Below, in pieces: positions 8,203-17,815 of a DNA stretch of 59,368 nucleotides; the stretch's first letter is position 1; each line of letters opens with the position of its first letter. Location of the stretch: positions 1 to 59,368 of IMG/VR virus record IMGVR_UViG_3300025150_000016; one strand, given 5' to 3'. Both the position numbers and the translations under genes were made by a program. The notes below the pieces were generated by a model. It worked only from the letters and a program-made list of their open reading frames with translations, was not told where the DNA came from and did not search any database. This DNA is from a virus (Duplodnaviria; Caudoviricetes).

Positions 8203-8504
8203 AGTGGCTGCTCGAAACTTCCATGCCGACCCTCATCACCTCGGCCATCCTGGCCTTGGTCTTCGGGGCGGTCATCGCCTGTACGCCGGACCCCCGCCAG
8301 GAGACGGCAGGGACCGACCGGCGGGGGGACGCCATGAAGGTCCGGCTCACCTGCTACGAAAGCGGGATGAAGGTGTTCGACATGGACATCAAGGACTCGA
8401 CCTACTACGTGCCCGAGGGGGGTCGGCGGTGTTTCGTCGTGAAACACCCGCAAGGCAACATCTACGCCTGCGGGGGCTTCTGCCAGGTCGTTCCTCTGCA
8501 ATGA
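8199..8504 (+). CDS. Small putative lipoprotein / membrane protein
   Basis: ATG 8199 with AGGAG; hydrophobic stretch ending in lipobox-like VIAC; Cys-containing C-terminal domain. Confidence 0.65.
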   Translation: MKWLLETSMPTLITSAILALVFGAVIACTPDPRQETAGTDRRGDAMKVRLTCYESGMKVFDMDIKDSTYYVPEGGRRCFVVKHPQGNIYACGGFCQVVPLQ

Positions 8505-8506
8505 GG

Positions 8507-8533
8507 TTTTAGTCCACCGGGGGTGCCGGTAGA
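8507..8533 (+). promoter_or_regulatory. Putative promoter, copy 3 (TTTTAGTC-N7-GGTGCCGGTAGA)
   Basis: Same conserved blocks as 7346-7372; followed by AGGAGGAGG and ATG 8555. Confidence 0.65.
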
Positions 8534-8554
8534 CAAGGCAGGAGGAGGACCGGC

Positions 8555-9532
8555 ATGAGCGACGACATCACCACCATCAAGAGCCACACCCAGCTTGGAT
8601 CCTGGCGAGATGTCGTCCGCATCGTGGCCACCCACTGCTGCGTCTGCCGCCGGGAGTTGACGGACGCCGTGTCGGTCGAGAACGGCATCGGTCCCGTTTG
8701 CTCGGCCAAGTACTACTCGAACACCCACGTCCCGACCGAGGAGCAGATCCTCCACGCCACGGGCTCCCTCCAGGTCGCCGACCTCCCCGATGCGGTCATC
8801 GACGCCGTGCTCGACGAGTTCGACCGTCGCAACGCCCGCCAGGCGTGCAACATCCTGGTCTACTACGCCTCGGCGCACTACGACGACCGGGACACCGTCT
8901 TCAAGATCTCGGCCGTCATCCGTGACCTCGGGTACACGGACCTCTCCGACAAGCTGGAGGAAGACCGCACCAAGGTCGTGCTCCGCACCGGCGACGACAA
9001 CGGCGTCAAGGTCATCATCGTGGGCCTTTCCCAGGAGAAGTGGAACGCCCGCACGGAAATGCTCAAGGTTCCCGGTGCCCGTCGCCTGGCGAAAGAGGGT
9101 GGGAAGTACCGCTACCTGTTCCCCCCCGACGACAAGACCCGGCTCCTGGTCGAGTGCCTCCTCGGCTTCCACTACGGGAACCTGCTGGCCACCGTCGAGA
9201 AGGGCTTCCTCGGACGGGACCGCACGGGCATCACCCACATCCCACGCCGTACCTGGTCGGACCTCGAAGCCTTCCGCAGGCCGCAGACGGCTGGAACCAC
9301 CTCGGTGGCTACGACCACCTCGGGCAAGGGCGGAGCCGTCCGCATCGTGGACCCGGGCGGCCAAAGCCGCATCGAGTTCTGGAGCCCGTTCGACCAGACC
9401 TGGCTCGCCGACATGAAGGACAAGGTGGGCTACCGCCGCCGCAAGTGGACGGGCTCGTGCTGGCTGTTCGACCGGGACCTGCTCCCGGTGGTCAAGGACT
9501 TGGCCCAGAGGCATTATGGAGTAACCCTGTGA
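8555..9532 (+). CDS. DUF6011-like Zn-finger protein with a possible HARP-like C-terminal domain
   Basis: CCVCRRELTDAVSVENGIGPVC matches the CxxC-R-LTD-S-GIGP-C pattern; C-terminal SPFDQTWLADMK...RKWTGSCWLF resembles HARP-type domains. Confidence 0.75.
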   Translation: MSDDITTIKSHTQLGSWRDVVRIVATHCCVCRRELTDAVSVENGIGPVCSAKYYSNTHVPTEEQILHATGSLQVADLPDAVIDAVLDEFDRRNARQACNILVYYASAHYDDRDTVFKISAVIRDLGYTDLSDKLEEDRTKVVLRTGDDNGVKVIIVGLSQEKWNARTEMLKVPGARRLAKEGGKYRYLFPPDDKTRLLVECLLGFHYGNLLATVEKGFLGRDRTGITHIPRRTWSDLEAFRRPQTAGTTSVATTTSGKGGAVRIVDPGGQSRIEFWSPFDQTWLADMKDKVGYRRRKWTGSCWLFDRDLLPVVKDLAQRHYGVTL

Positions 9533-9650
9533 TCCCAATGGACACCAGGGTGGAAGATGGGCGATGCTACGGGATCGCTCAGAAGCGTGAACGTCCCGAG
9601 GGGCCGTCCGGCCCGCCAAGGTCCGGCATCCCCTCTTTGGAGAAGAGGCT

Positions 9651-10580
9651 GTGAAACTGCATCACCTGTTGGCACTGTTGCTGGTGGCGGGTCCCCTCGG
9701 TTGTGGAAGGACCGAGACCGAGACCCTCCCCAAGCTCACCATGGAACCCGGCCCCATCGCCCCCAACCTGGACGACCAGGAAACCGAGGGCGAGACGGAT
9801 GGCGACGATGATGACCTGACGCCCATCCAGCCGCCGGACGACATCACGGAGGTCGGGGACGACGATACGACCGGACCCGACGGTGGCACGGACGACCCCG
9901 ACGGGGACGACGATGCAGGGCCGGACGACGGGGGGTCCGATGGTGGCACGGGCGGCGATGACGGTGGGCCGGACGACGGTGACACGGGCCTCCCCCCGAC
10001 TCCCATGGAGGGAGACCTCTGCGACGACTGGAACGCCTGCACCATGGACGACACCCTGAATGGGGATCTGGATTGCGTAGGGGTCCCTTACCTCACGCAG
10101 GGGACTACGGCGACTCCGGTGGAGTTCGGACTCTGCAACCCCAATGGGGTGCTCACCAAGCTCGACGGCCAGGTCACGGGGCTCTCCACGAGCTACGACC
10201 CGCAGACCCTAGAGCCCGGCCTGGTTGTGGAACAATGCGTTGTGGTGGACTTCAGCCAGGTACAGCCCGTCCGCACCGTTGAGGTTTTTGCTGCTGCTTC
10301 ACCAACGGCGTGCAGCGTGACCTGCACGGTAGACGAAGACCTCTGCTACGGAGAGACCTCGTTGGTCATCGGGCTGGGGGTGGATGGCACTACTTGGACC
10401 GACTTCGCCATCGTGGCCATCGAGGAGTACGACCACGACTCGGTTCCCGTGGTCCTCCCGGCCGCCGTCATGGCTCGCTTCGTGCTCCTGTGCAAAGAGC
10501 AGACGGTCATGCCGATGCTCGACGTTTCGCTCGACCATGTTCGAGTGGACCCTGGCGACACACAGACCTGCTGGCCCTGA
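9651..10580 (+). CDS. Putative lipoprotein with Asp/Gly-rich linker and Cys-rich domain
   Basis: Signal peptide MKLHHLLALLLVAGPLG-C; DDG-rich low complexity; CDDWNACTMDD motif. Confidence 0.75.
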   Translation: MKLHHLLALLLVAGPLGCGRTETETLPKLTMEPGPIAPNLDDQETEGETDGDDDDLTPIQPPDDITEVGDDDTTGPDGGTDDPDGDDDAGPDDGGSDGGTGGDDGGPDDGDTGLPPTPMEGDLCDDWNACTMDDTLNGDLDCVGVPYLTQGTTATPVEFGLCNPNGVLTKLDGQVTGLSTSYDPQTLEPGLVVEQCVVVDFSQVQPVRTVEVFAAASPTACSVTCTVDEDLCYGETSLVIGLGVDGTTWTDFAIVAIEEYDHDSVPVVLPAAVMARFVLLCKEQTVMPMLDVSLDHVRVDPGDTQTCWP

Positions 10581-10585
10581 AAGAC

Positions 10586-10624
10586 CTCGGCCCCCGCCAC
10601 CTCTTCTGGATGACGGGGGCCGAG
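10586..10624. terminator. Stem-loop between convergent genes, possible bidirectional terminator
   Basis: CTCGGCCCCCG / CGGGGGCCGAG perfect 11-bp stem; no clear U-tract. Confidence 0.55.
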
Positions 10625-10652
10625 CGGGAACACGACCGGGGGAGGCCGAGTG

Positions 10653-11156
10653 TCAGGCAGGGGCCTTCTTGGCGAGGGCGTGCTTGAACACGAGTTCCCA
10701 CAGGCCGACCGATGTGGCTCCGGTCATGAAGCCTTGAACGAGCCCCTCGCCGAGCGGCAAGCCGCTGCTCAACGAGACGCCCACTGTGGCCAGGATGCCG
10801 AGGGCCGCTGCCACCCATGGGAGAGCCTTGGTCCCGACCCTCTCCTTGAGCTTGACGAACCTGTTGAGGACCCACACGAGGAGCGTGAGGAGCACCCCGA
10901 GGAACAGGCTCCACTTCCCTCCCTTGGCGGCTTCCACCAGGAAGTCGATGCTCTCCGCCGCATCATCGACCGTTTCCGGCGGGGCCGGGACGACGAGTTC
11001 CGGCACGACGGGGTCGGCGTCGGGAGTGGCACCGGGCTCCGGGGCGGTCACCGTGGCTGGGGTGGACTCGGGAGCGGATCCAGCGTCCTGAGCCAGGGCC
11101 ACGGAAGACGGGGCAAGAAGCAGAAAAAGCACAAGGGTGATGTTGGTGAAACGCAT
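10653..11156 (-). CDS. Multi-pass membrane protein with signal peptide; holin-like
   Basis: ATG 11156 with AGGAGA; signal ending VALA-Q; three hydrophobic segments; GFMTGATSVGLWE; basic tail; last gene of the tail cluster. Confidence 0.6.
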   Translation of the reverse strand: MRFTNITLVLFLLLAPSSVALAQDAGSAPESTPATVTAPEPGATPDADPVVPELVVPAPPETVDDAAESIDFLVEAAKGGKWSLFLGVLLTLLVWVLNRFVKLKERVGTKALPWVAAALGILATVGVSLSSGLPLGEGLVQGFMTGATSVGLWELVFKHALAKKAPA

Positions 11157-11213
11157 CGGAAGTTCTCCTGTGAGAGGCGAACACACCCGTTTCATCGCAA
11201 GATGGGCCACCTG

Positions 11214-11438
11214 TCAACCCCCTTCTGGGGGAGGTACATCAATGGCCCCTGGCTTTGGTGGGCGGTTCGCATCGTAGATCCGGGCGGGTCCCATGAGGGC
11301 CAGTTCTTGCCGGATGAGGGTCCGCTGTTCAGCGGTGAGGGCCGGGTTCAGGAGCGTCTGACGAAGCTGGCCCTTGGCGTCTTTGTCAAACCTGGCCCGA
11401 AGGTCCGGGTCCAAGTCCTGTCGCCGAAGGAAAGGCAT
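11214..11438 (-). CDS. Small hypothetical protein
   Basis: TGATG coupling to the 2125-aa gene. Confidence 0.7.
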   Translation of the reverse strand: MPFLRRQDLDPDLRARFDKDAKGQLRQTLLNPALTAEQRTLIRQELALMGPARIYDANRPPKPGAIDVPPPEGG

Positions 11439-14400
11439 CAGGCGTTCTCCTCGGCCAACTCGATGGTCAGGGCCGCTGCCGCATCACGCTTCCGCACCCG
11501 ATCCTGCTCGTCGTAGACGGCCAGGGTAGCCGCCGACGGGTCCGGCACCTCACGGGTGTAGCCCTTGAGCAGGGGCCGCCCGTGGCAGCGATAGCGGTCG
11601 GCCGCAGCATAGCCCTCTCCATAACCCGCCGGGGAGATGACACCTCCGAGGCTGATACCCCGCTCCACCGTCTGGGCGTCGCCAAAGATCCCGTTGGTGA
11701 TGACCACCATCTGGATCTCGTCGCCCTCCGTGGTCGTGTACGGCCCGCTGAAGCCCTCCTCGTAGAAGTTCCGCACCAGGAGGGCCTTGCAAGAGAGGAT
11801 GCCACCCTTGAGGACCGGCTTGAGGGCCGGGGGGAAGCTCTCTGACACCCAGTCGATGGGACCACCGGGGTTCATCCCGCCGAGCATGAAGGCCGAACCT
11901 CCGCCACGGAACAGGCGGAACCGCTTCGTTCCCGTGGGGGTCGAGGTCGTCCACGCCAGGTAACCGTCGATGGAGATCGATCCGTCGGCCATTGCCAGAA
12001 GCTCTCCCGGTGCTCCGAGGAACCGGGTGAACTCCTCTCCACCACCCGTGAGAGGCAGGAGGTTCTGGATCGGCCGGATGGCCGCCGAGAAGGTCCGCAC
12101 GGCCGAGGCATCGTCCCCCAGCGGGTTCTCACCCAGGAAGTCCGAGTCCTGAAGCAGCGCCCCGAGCGGGAGTCGCTCGGTCATGCCCGTCAGGCGAAGC
12201 TGGCTGGACCCCGCCCCGGCGTTCACCGGAAGATCCGCACCACCACGGAGCCGGGTCATGGTCGTGTTGCTGCCCACCCGCTCGTTGTTGCGGGGGGCTG
12301 CGAGCCGAAGGGTCTGCTCCACGGCCAGAGCCGAGGGTGCCGCCGGGTTGAGGTCACCCACAACAGGCACGTCCACCCAGGCGACCTCGACCTTGATCCC
12401 GTTCCCCTCGACACCCGTCGGGATGGATTCCATCGTGACCTTGGGTGTCCCATCGTTGAACGCCGTCAGGGTCCGGGCGAGGTCCGGGTGGCTGTTGAGC
12501 AGGGCCACCAGGTTGTCCGCCGTGACGTTCTTGTCCCCGACAAGCTGCTTGACCATGACGTGGAGGCTCACTGCCGAGAGATCCACATCCAAGGCGGGGC
12601 CGTCCGGGTCCACATCCCGCAAGACGGCGAACCGGAACGGGAGGTTCGGTGCCGGAGTGATCGGTGCCCCCGTCGGGTTCACCACGACCAGTTCGATCTG
12701 GTTCCCACCCGCTGTCGGGCGGGCGTAGTAGATCAAGGTGTCGCCCCCAAGGAAGGCGCTTTCCGGTGGCTGAACCAGCACGATGTCCGTGTCGGCAACA
12801 CCGCCGATGGCGATGCTCTCCTCATGGACGCCGCCGGGACCCACGGCCGGAAGCGAGAGGCTCGTGTCGAAGATGCTGTTGTCGTCGTGGGAGTCGAACT
12901 GGTAGTAGCTCGCCGTCCAGATGGCGGTGATGTCCAGGTCTCCGTTGACCTGGGGATTCGCCACGAACGCCACCCCGCCGTAGGTCTGACCGTAGTTCAC
13001 CGTGGGGTTGACCGTGGCGTGGATGTTCCCCACGGTCGGGTCAAGCACGCTGTCCGGGTCGTAGGTGGCCTTCGGGATGGTCACCGTTGAGGTTTGAGCC
13101 TTCGGGTGCAGGGTCCCGAAGTTCAGATTCCCGTGGGTGACGGCATCCGAGTAGACCTCGGCCACCTTGCTGGACTCGTCCACTGCGAAAGTGTTGGCGG
13201 TGGTGACGCCTGTACCACCGACGTGGAAGCTGGTCCAGAGGCCGGGGCGGACCCCGTACAGGTCCACCACGCTGTCATCGAGGTTGGTCACCCGGACCCG
13301 GAACGCCTCGCCGTGCTGGTTGGCGTTGTACAGCGAGTCGTTGTCGAGGATCTCCAGTGTGGCCCGAGCACGGCTCGGGTTCCTCTTCTGGCTCTCCGTG
13401 AATGCCCGGGTCAGGATCCGCCAGGCCGGGTCGTCCACCACCGTCGGTGCCCGACGGGCGGCGAGAGGAGTGTTCTCCGTGAAGCCCACGTCGAGCATGG
13501 TCCCCGGGTACATGTCCCCGCCGACCTTGCCCGTCCCCAACGTCGTGTAGAAGTCGAGGCTGGCGAGCACCTGGAAGGCCCGGGGGTTCGGCGTCTGGGG
13601 CACGAAGTCCCCTCCGGCGTCGAACTGCTGGATGGCCGTCACGAGGGCGTGCTGGCCGGACATCGAGATCTGGCCGTAGCGGTTCTCGTAGTCCGAGGTC
13701 GTCCTCGTCTCCCCGTTCCGGCTCATGTACACGTCGCCCTGGTACACGGTCCGGTTGTGTGCGACGTACATCCCGTCGTTCAGGCCAGCCGGGCATGGCA
13801 GGACCATGTGGACGCCTTCGAGTTCGAGATCGTCACCGTCGGAGCGGAGGACCCCCGCCCCATTGTGGCCACGAGAGAGGACGTAGTTGTTCTGGTTGAT
13901 GAACCCCTTGGCGAAGCCGAAGACGACGCACTCGACCACGTATTGGAAGTCGGCGAACGTCTGCCCCTCGACGTACCCGGGGATCCGGCGGATGTCGATG
14001 AGGTTCTCGGGGATGACGTAGGTGTGGTCGTTCAGTTCCCCGGTGAGGTCTTCTCCACCATCCTGAAGAATGAACAACGTCTGCCGCTGGGCATCCCGCT
14101 TCATCAGGTTGGTGGCCGGGTCAGCGAGGACCGTGATACGGTCGGCGGCGAAGGTGTCCCCACCCTTGGCCTCGAAGTCCTGGCGTTCGTAGATGCCGTA
14201 GATTCGGGCCGGACCATAGAACGTTGGGATCTGGACGCCGACGAGCCCACGACCGAGGTCCGAGGAGTTGACTTCGGCCAGGTCGTTGCGAATGCGAACC
14301 GTGGCTGCATCCACCGAAGCTGCGATGTCCGCCGGGACCTTCCGGGCTCCGATGAAAGGGAGGTTGTTCACCGCCGCCGGGAGCGTCCCCTGATGGCCGT

Positions 14401-17400
14401 AGGTCGTGCCCGGCTCGTTGGTCACGAAGAAGAAGCTCGTGACCTCGTTGCCAGCCGTGGTGTTGTCTCGCCCACCGATGATCTCGAACACCGGCTCGGT
14501 GTCGTCGATGCTGTCGAGGAACAGGTGGTTGATGCCCGAGAGGAACCGTCCCGCACCCGCCAGGGTGTCCACGTAGTACGGGATGTCCTGCCGACCGAAC
14601 CGGGGCATGAACTCCCTGGGGAGGGCGTAGCCCATCTTCTTGCCCGTCCCAGGGGTCCCCGTCCAGATCTGGAGGGAGTCCTTCGGGGAGGCGTCATCCC
14701 AGTTGTACGGGCCGATGAGGCTGTCCGTGAGGATTGCCGTGGTGAGACCCTTGAGGGTCATCTCCCGATCACGGAAGGGTCGGAACACGACCGTCTTCGA
14801 GCCCTTGTCGTAGAAGACCTGGCTCTCCCGGTCGATCTCCGTGAACCCGACCACGGTGCCGCCATAGTTGGGGGCCTGGGGTGCGTGCCACCCGAGGCCG
14901 GGCAGGCGGTTCCACGTCTGGACATACGCCGTGTCGAAATGGGCCTCGTCCACAGGGACGCCCGAGAAGGCAGCGAACGTGGTGTCGATCTGGGTCTTGT
15001 TCTGCTGGAGGTAGGTCCCCGAGTTGGAGGCTGCTCCGCCTCGGATGGCAACCCGCACGATGTCGTCGGGAACCCGAGCCACCGCTCCTCGGCCCGGGTG
15101 ATACATCAGGGTCAGGCTGAGGGCCATCTTCGAGGCCACAGCCACTCTTCCGAGTCCGGCATCCGTCGGGAGGGACAGGTCGTAACCCGAACCCTGGCCA
15201 ACGCTCAGGGCGTTCCACGGGTGCGAGGTGAGGCCCCCGATGTCCGTGAGGACGATGGCCAGGTCGGCCACCCTGGTCGGGTAGTTCGAGGTGTCCTCGG
15301 CGTTGTGGTACTGGGAGCGGAACTCCACCGTCACCGTCTTCCCAGCCGGAGAGGTGTCCACGAACCCGCCGGTAGCCCCGTTCCAGGCCGTGAAATCAGC
15401 CGAGAGGGGCTCGACCACGATGCTCGTGGCATTCAGGGCGTTCTTGGTCGTGTAGCCGACCGTCCCCGCCCCGACAACCTTGAAGGCCCCGTTGTTCTGC
15501 GGTTCGGAGTCATCCCCGTAGAGGACGACGTAAACCTCCGACGATGCCCCCGTCCGGTCCTTCCCGTAGCAGGTGAGCATGTCGTAGAGGGTTCGCTGAC
15601 CACGCAGGAGAGGGGTCGCTACCAGACCAGCGTCCGACTCGAAAGCTCCGTTGGCGTCCTGGGTGTAGAACCCTGCAACCACGTCGAAGTCCAGGCCCAC
15701 GTCGATCTCGATCTGGACCGGGTTGGGGTTGTTGACGAGGTTCGCCGTGGTTGTGCCGGAGAGACGCAGCGTGTCGTGCAGGAGGCCGCCAAGCACGATG
15801 AAAGGCCGCTCGAAGTTGGACTCCCGCCACGGGTACATCGGCCCGGGGTGGTGATCCAGGTGCGTCGGGTCGATGTCGGCGAGGGTCGGCGGGGCAGGCT
15901 CCTGGGAGGGCTCTTCGATGAACCGCAGGGTAACCGGGTACTGGTTCCCGTTCAGCGGGTCCACGTTCGGGTAACCCGACTTCCACCATTCCCGAGGCGT
16001 CACGAACCGAACGGCCTTGGTCGTGCCATCACGGAACGTTCCCCGAGCCCCGCTGGCCCCATCGTTCCCGCCGATGAACAGCAGGATGGTCGAGCCGTTG
16101 GAGAACGAGTTCACGTCGGTGGGGGTGTCCCCCATGTTCACGAACCCGATGGGGTTGAAGTCCGCCCCCACGTCCCAGCGGACGGTGGCGTCGAAGGTGT
16201 CCGCCGTGGTGATGCCCACGCCGTTGGCGTCCTTGGTGGCCTCGTTGTCGAGGAGCACCGTCACGTCCGGCTGGATGACGGCTCCGTCGGACCAGATGGT
16301 CCTGATGCCGTCCGGGCCGTCGAGGCTCTCGGTGTGGTTCGGGGTGTTCGTGGCCCTATCGGCCAACAGGTAGTCCACCTCATGGACCACGGGACCTTCC
16401 GAGTCCCCCGGAGCCGACTGTTTCCAGGTGGAACGGAGGTCGCCACGAAGCAGAGCAGCGACGTTGTGCTCCAAGATGCGGGAGAAGTCCCAGTCGCCCG
16501 GGTTGACCCCGTGCCGGAGGTCGAGCACGTCCGTCGCCCGAACCTCGTCGGCGAAGGCTCCGTCCGGGCGGGAGTTCCAGAAGTGGATCTCCGAGCCAGC
16601 CTCATGGCCCACCACAGCCGTCCCGTACCGGCCACGGCCACCCGCCGGGATGGTGATCTGGTTGTTCACCGTGTCCACGGCCGAGACACCGACGATCTCG
16701 TCGCCGATCATCAGGAACGTGCTGCTCAGGACCAGGGAGGTGTCTTCGAGACCGGAGCCGTTGAGGTTGGTCACACCCACGACGGCCTGGGCAGAAACCC
16801 CTGCCGAGGGGCTCAGAGCGTTGGTCAGGGTTGCCTGGAGAAGGACCCGGCTTCCCTCCAGAGGGTCAGCCAGGGTCTTGGACGCCGGGGTGCGCTCGAA
16901 AGCGCCGTTCTGGTTCGGGTTCCCGGCCCCGCTCACCGCCGTGTAGACGTTGTTGTTGCGGCGGAAGATGGCGCAGACGGGGACGGCGTAGGTGTAGCCG
17001 TCCACCGTGTTGAGGGCGTTGTTCGGGTCCCCGTCACCAGCACGCCAGAGGCCCACGTCCCCGAGTTCCTCCCGCATGTTCTTCCACTGGAGGCCAGAGA
17101 CGGGGGCTTCGGCCGCCCCCTGCCCGAGGATGTTAGGGTCGTCGAGCCCGTCCGGGTACACGTCGAGGACCACACCGGCCCCAAGACCCACACCCTGGCC
17201 GAAGACCCGGAGACGGTACTGCACCTGGACCCGCTCGGTCGTCTCGAACCCGATGGCCGGGTCTTCGAGGTCGTCGGTGATGTTCGTGCCGCCGTACTTG
17301 GTGTTGCCGTACTTCCAGACGGTGGATGCGTCGGGCTTGTTGACCGTGCTCGGGTTCGGGGCAACGAGCGTCTGCCACGCCTCCAAGAACACGAAGTCCA

Positions 17401-17815
17401 CCCGGGTGTCCGACTCCGGGGGCGGGTACAGGCGGACGAAGTTCCGCATGTCGCCGTCGGTCGTGATGTCCGTCCCAGCAACCGGGATGACCCAGCCGTT
17501 GACGTTGGCCCACAGGACCGGCTGCTGCTCGGGCGCTTCGAGGACCCCTTTGTCCTCCTTGGGGTTCCCCAGGATGAACAGGTTGGCCCACAGGGGGTTG
17601 AACTCGTAGTCCTCGATGGACCTGGTGGGGTCGAGGAGGAACCCGGAGGGCATGATGGACTTGACGAGCAGGCGGAACCGTTCCCAGTCGATCTGGGACA
17701 TCAGGTTCAACTCGCTGTCGAGCGGCGGCTTCCCCTTGGCCCACACAACGGGGCCAAATTGACGATCCAGAGCACTCAGCGTCCGAGAAACGCCTTTTCC
17801 GTAGTCAAGCGACAT
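11438..17815 (-). CDS. Large virion structural protein (2125 aa; baseplate/tail-fibre associated), paralog of 29922-33701
   Basis: N-terminal GKPPLDSELN, DFVFLEAW, RVQVQYRLR and RPDGAFADEV...DLRH motifs; G/T/D-rich; located in the tail cluster. Confidence 0.75.
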   Translation of the reverse strand: MSLDYGKGVSRTLSALDRQFGPVVWAKGKPPLDSELNLMSQIDWERFRLLVKSIMPSGFLLDPTRSIEDYEFNPLWANLFILGNPKEDKGVLEAPEQQPVLWANVNGWVIPVAGTDITTDGDMRNFVRLYPPPESDTRVDFVFLEAWQTLVAPNPSTVNKPDASTVWKYGNTKYGGTNITDDLEDPAIGFETTERVQVQYRLRVFGQGVGLGAGVVLDVYPDGLDDPNILGQGAAEAPVSGLQWKNMREELGDVGLWRAGDGDPNNALNTVDGYTYAVPVCAIFRRNNNVYTAVSGAGNPNQNGAFERTPASKTLADPLEGSRVLLQATLTNALSPSAGVSAQAVVGVTNLNGSGLEDTSLVLSSTFLMIGDEIVGVSAVDTVNNQITIPAGGRGRYGTAVVGHEAGSEIHFWNSRPDGAFADEVRATDVLDLRHGVNPGDWDFSRILEHNVAALLRGDLRSTWKQSAPGDSEGPVVHEVDYLLADRATNTPNHTESLDGPDGIRTIWSDGAVIQPDVTVLLDNEATKDANGVGITTADTFDATVRWDVGADFNPIGFVNMGDTPTDVNSFSNGSTILLFIGGNDGASGARGTFRDGTTKAVRFVTPREWWKSGYPNVDPLNGNQYPVTLRFIEEPSQEPAPPTLADIDPTHLDHHPGPMYPWRESNFERPFIVLGGLLHDTLRLSGTTTANLVNNPNPVQIEIDVGLDFDVVAGFYTQDANGAFESDAGLVATPLLRGQRTLYDMLTCYGKDRTGASSEVYVVLYGDDSEPQNNGAFKVVGAGTVGYTTKNALNATSIVVEPLSADFTAWNGATGGFVDTSPAGKTVTVEFRSQYHNAEDTSNYPTRVADLAIVLTDIGGLTSHPWNALSVGQGSGYDLSLPTDAGLGRVAVASKMALSLTLMYHPGRGAVARVPDDIVRVAIRGGAASNSGTYLQQNKTQIDTTFAAFSGVPVDEAHFDTAYVQTWNRLPGLGWHAPQAPNYGGTVVGFTEIDRESQVFYDKGSKTVVFRPFRDREMTLKGLTTAILTDSLIGPYNWDDASPKDSLQIWTGTPGTGKKMGYALPREFMPRFGRQDIPYYVDTLAGAGRFLSGINHLFLDSIDDTEPVFEIIGGRDNTTAGNEVTSFFFVTNEPGTTYGHQGTLPAAVNNLPFIGARKVPADIAASVDAATVRIRNDLAEVNSSDLGRGLVGVQIPTFYGPARIYGIYERQDFEAKGGDTFAADRITVLADPATNLMKRDAQRQTLFILQDGGEDLTGELNDHTYVIPENLIDIRRIPGYVEGQTFADFQYVVECVVFGFAKGFINQNNYVLSRGHNGAGVLRSDGDDLELEGVHMVLPCPAGLNDGMYVAHNRTVYQGDVYMSRNGETRTTSDYENRYGQISMSGQHALVTAIQQFDAGGDFVPQTPNPRAFQVLASLDFYTTLGTGKVGGDMYPGTMLDVGFTENTPLAARRAPTVVDDPAWRILTRAFTESQKRNPSRARATLEILDNDSLYNANQHGEAFRVRVTNLDDSVVDLYGVRPGLWTSFHVGGTGVTTANTFAVDESSKVAEVYSDAVTHGNLNFGTLHPKAQTSTVTIPKATYDPDSVLDPTVGNIHATVNPTVNYGQTYGGVAFVANPQVNGDLDITAIWTASYYQFDSHDDNSIFDTSLSLPAVGPGGVHEESIAIGGVADTDIVLVQPPESAFLGGDTLIYYARPTAGGNQIELVVVNPTGAPITPAPNLPFRFAVLRDVDPDGPALDVDLSAVSLHVMVKQLVGDKNVTADNLVALLNSHPDLARTLTAFNDGTPKVTMESIPTGVEGNGIKVEVAWVDVPVVGDLNPAAPSALAVEQTLRLAAPRNNERVGSNTTMTRLRGGADLPVNAGAGSSQLRLTGMTERLPLGALLQDSDFLGENPLGDDASAVRTFSAAIRPIQNLLPLTGGGEEFTRFLGAPGELLAMADGSISIDGYLAWTTSTPTGTKRFRLFRGGGSAFMLGGMNPGGPIDWVSESFPPALKPVLKGGILSCKALLVRNFYEEGFSGPYTTTEGDEIQMVVITNGIFGDAQTVERGISLGGVISPAGYGEGYAAADRYRCHGRPLLKGYTREVPDPSAATLAVYDEQDRVRKRDAAAALTIELAEENA

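Noticed and set aside
9533-9650. ORF 9557-9811 and weak hairpins in this gap
   Set aside because: The ORF overlaps the better-supported lipoprotein gene; the stems are short and expected by chance at this GC.
9780-9990. GACGAC-rich stretch as a CRISPR or tandem array
   Set aside because: It is a low-complexity Asp/Gly coding linker with no constant repeat-spacer period.
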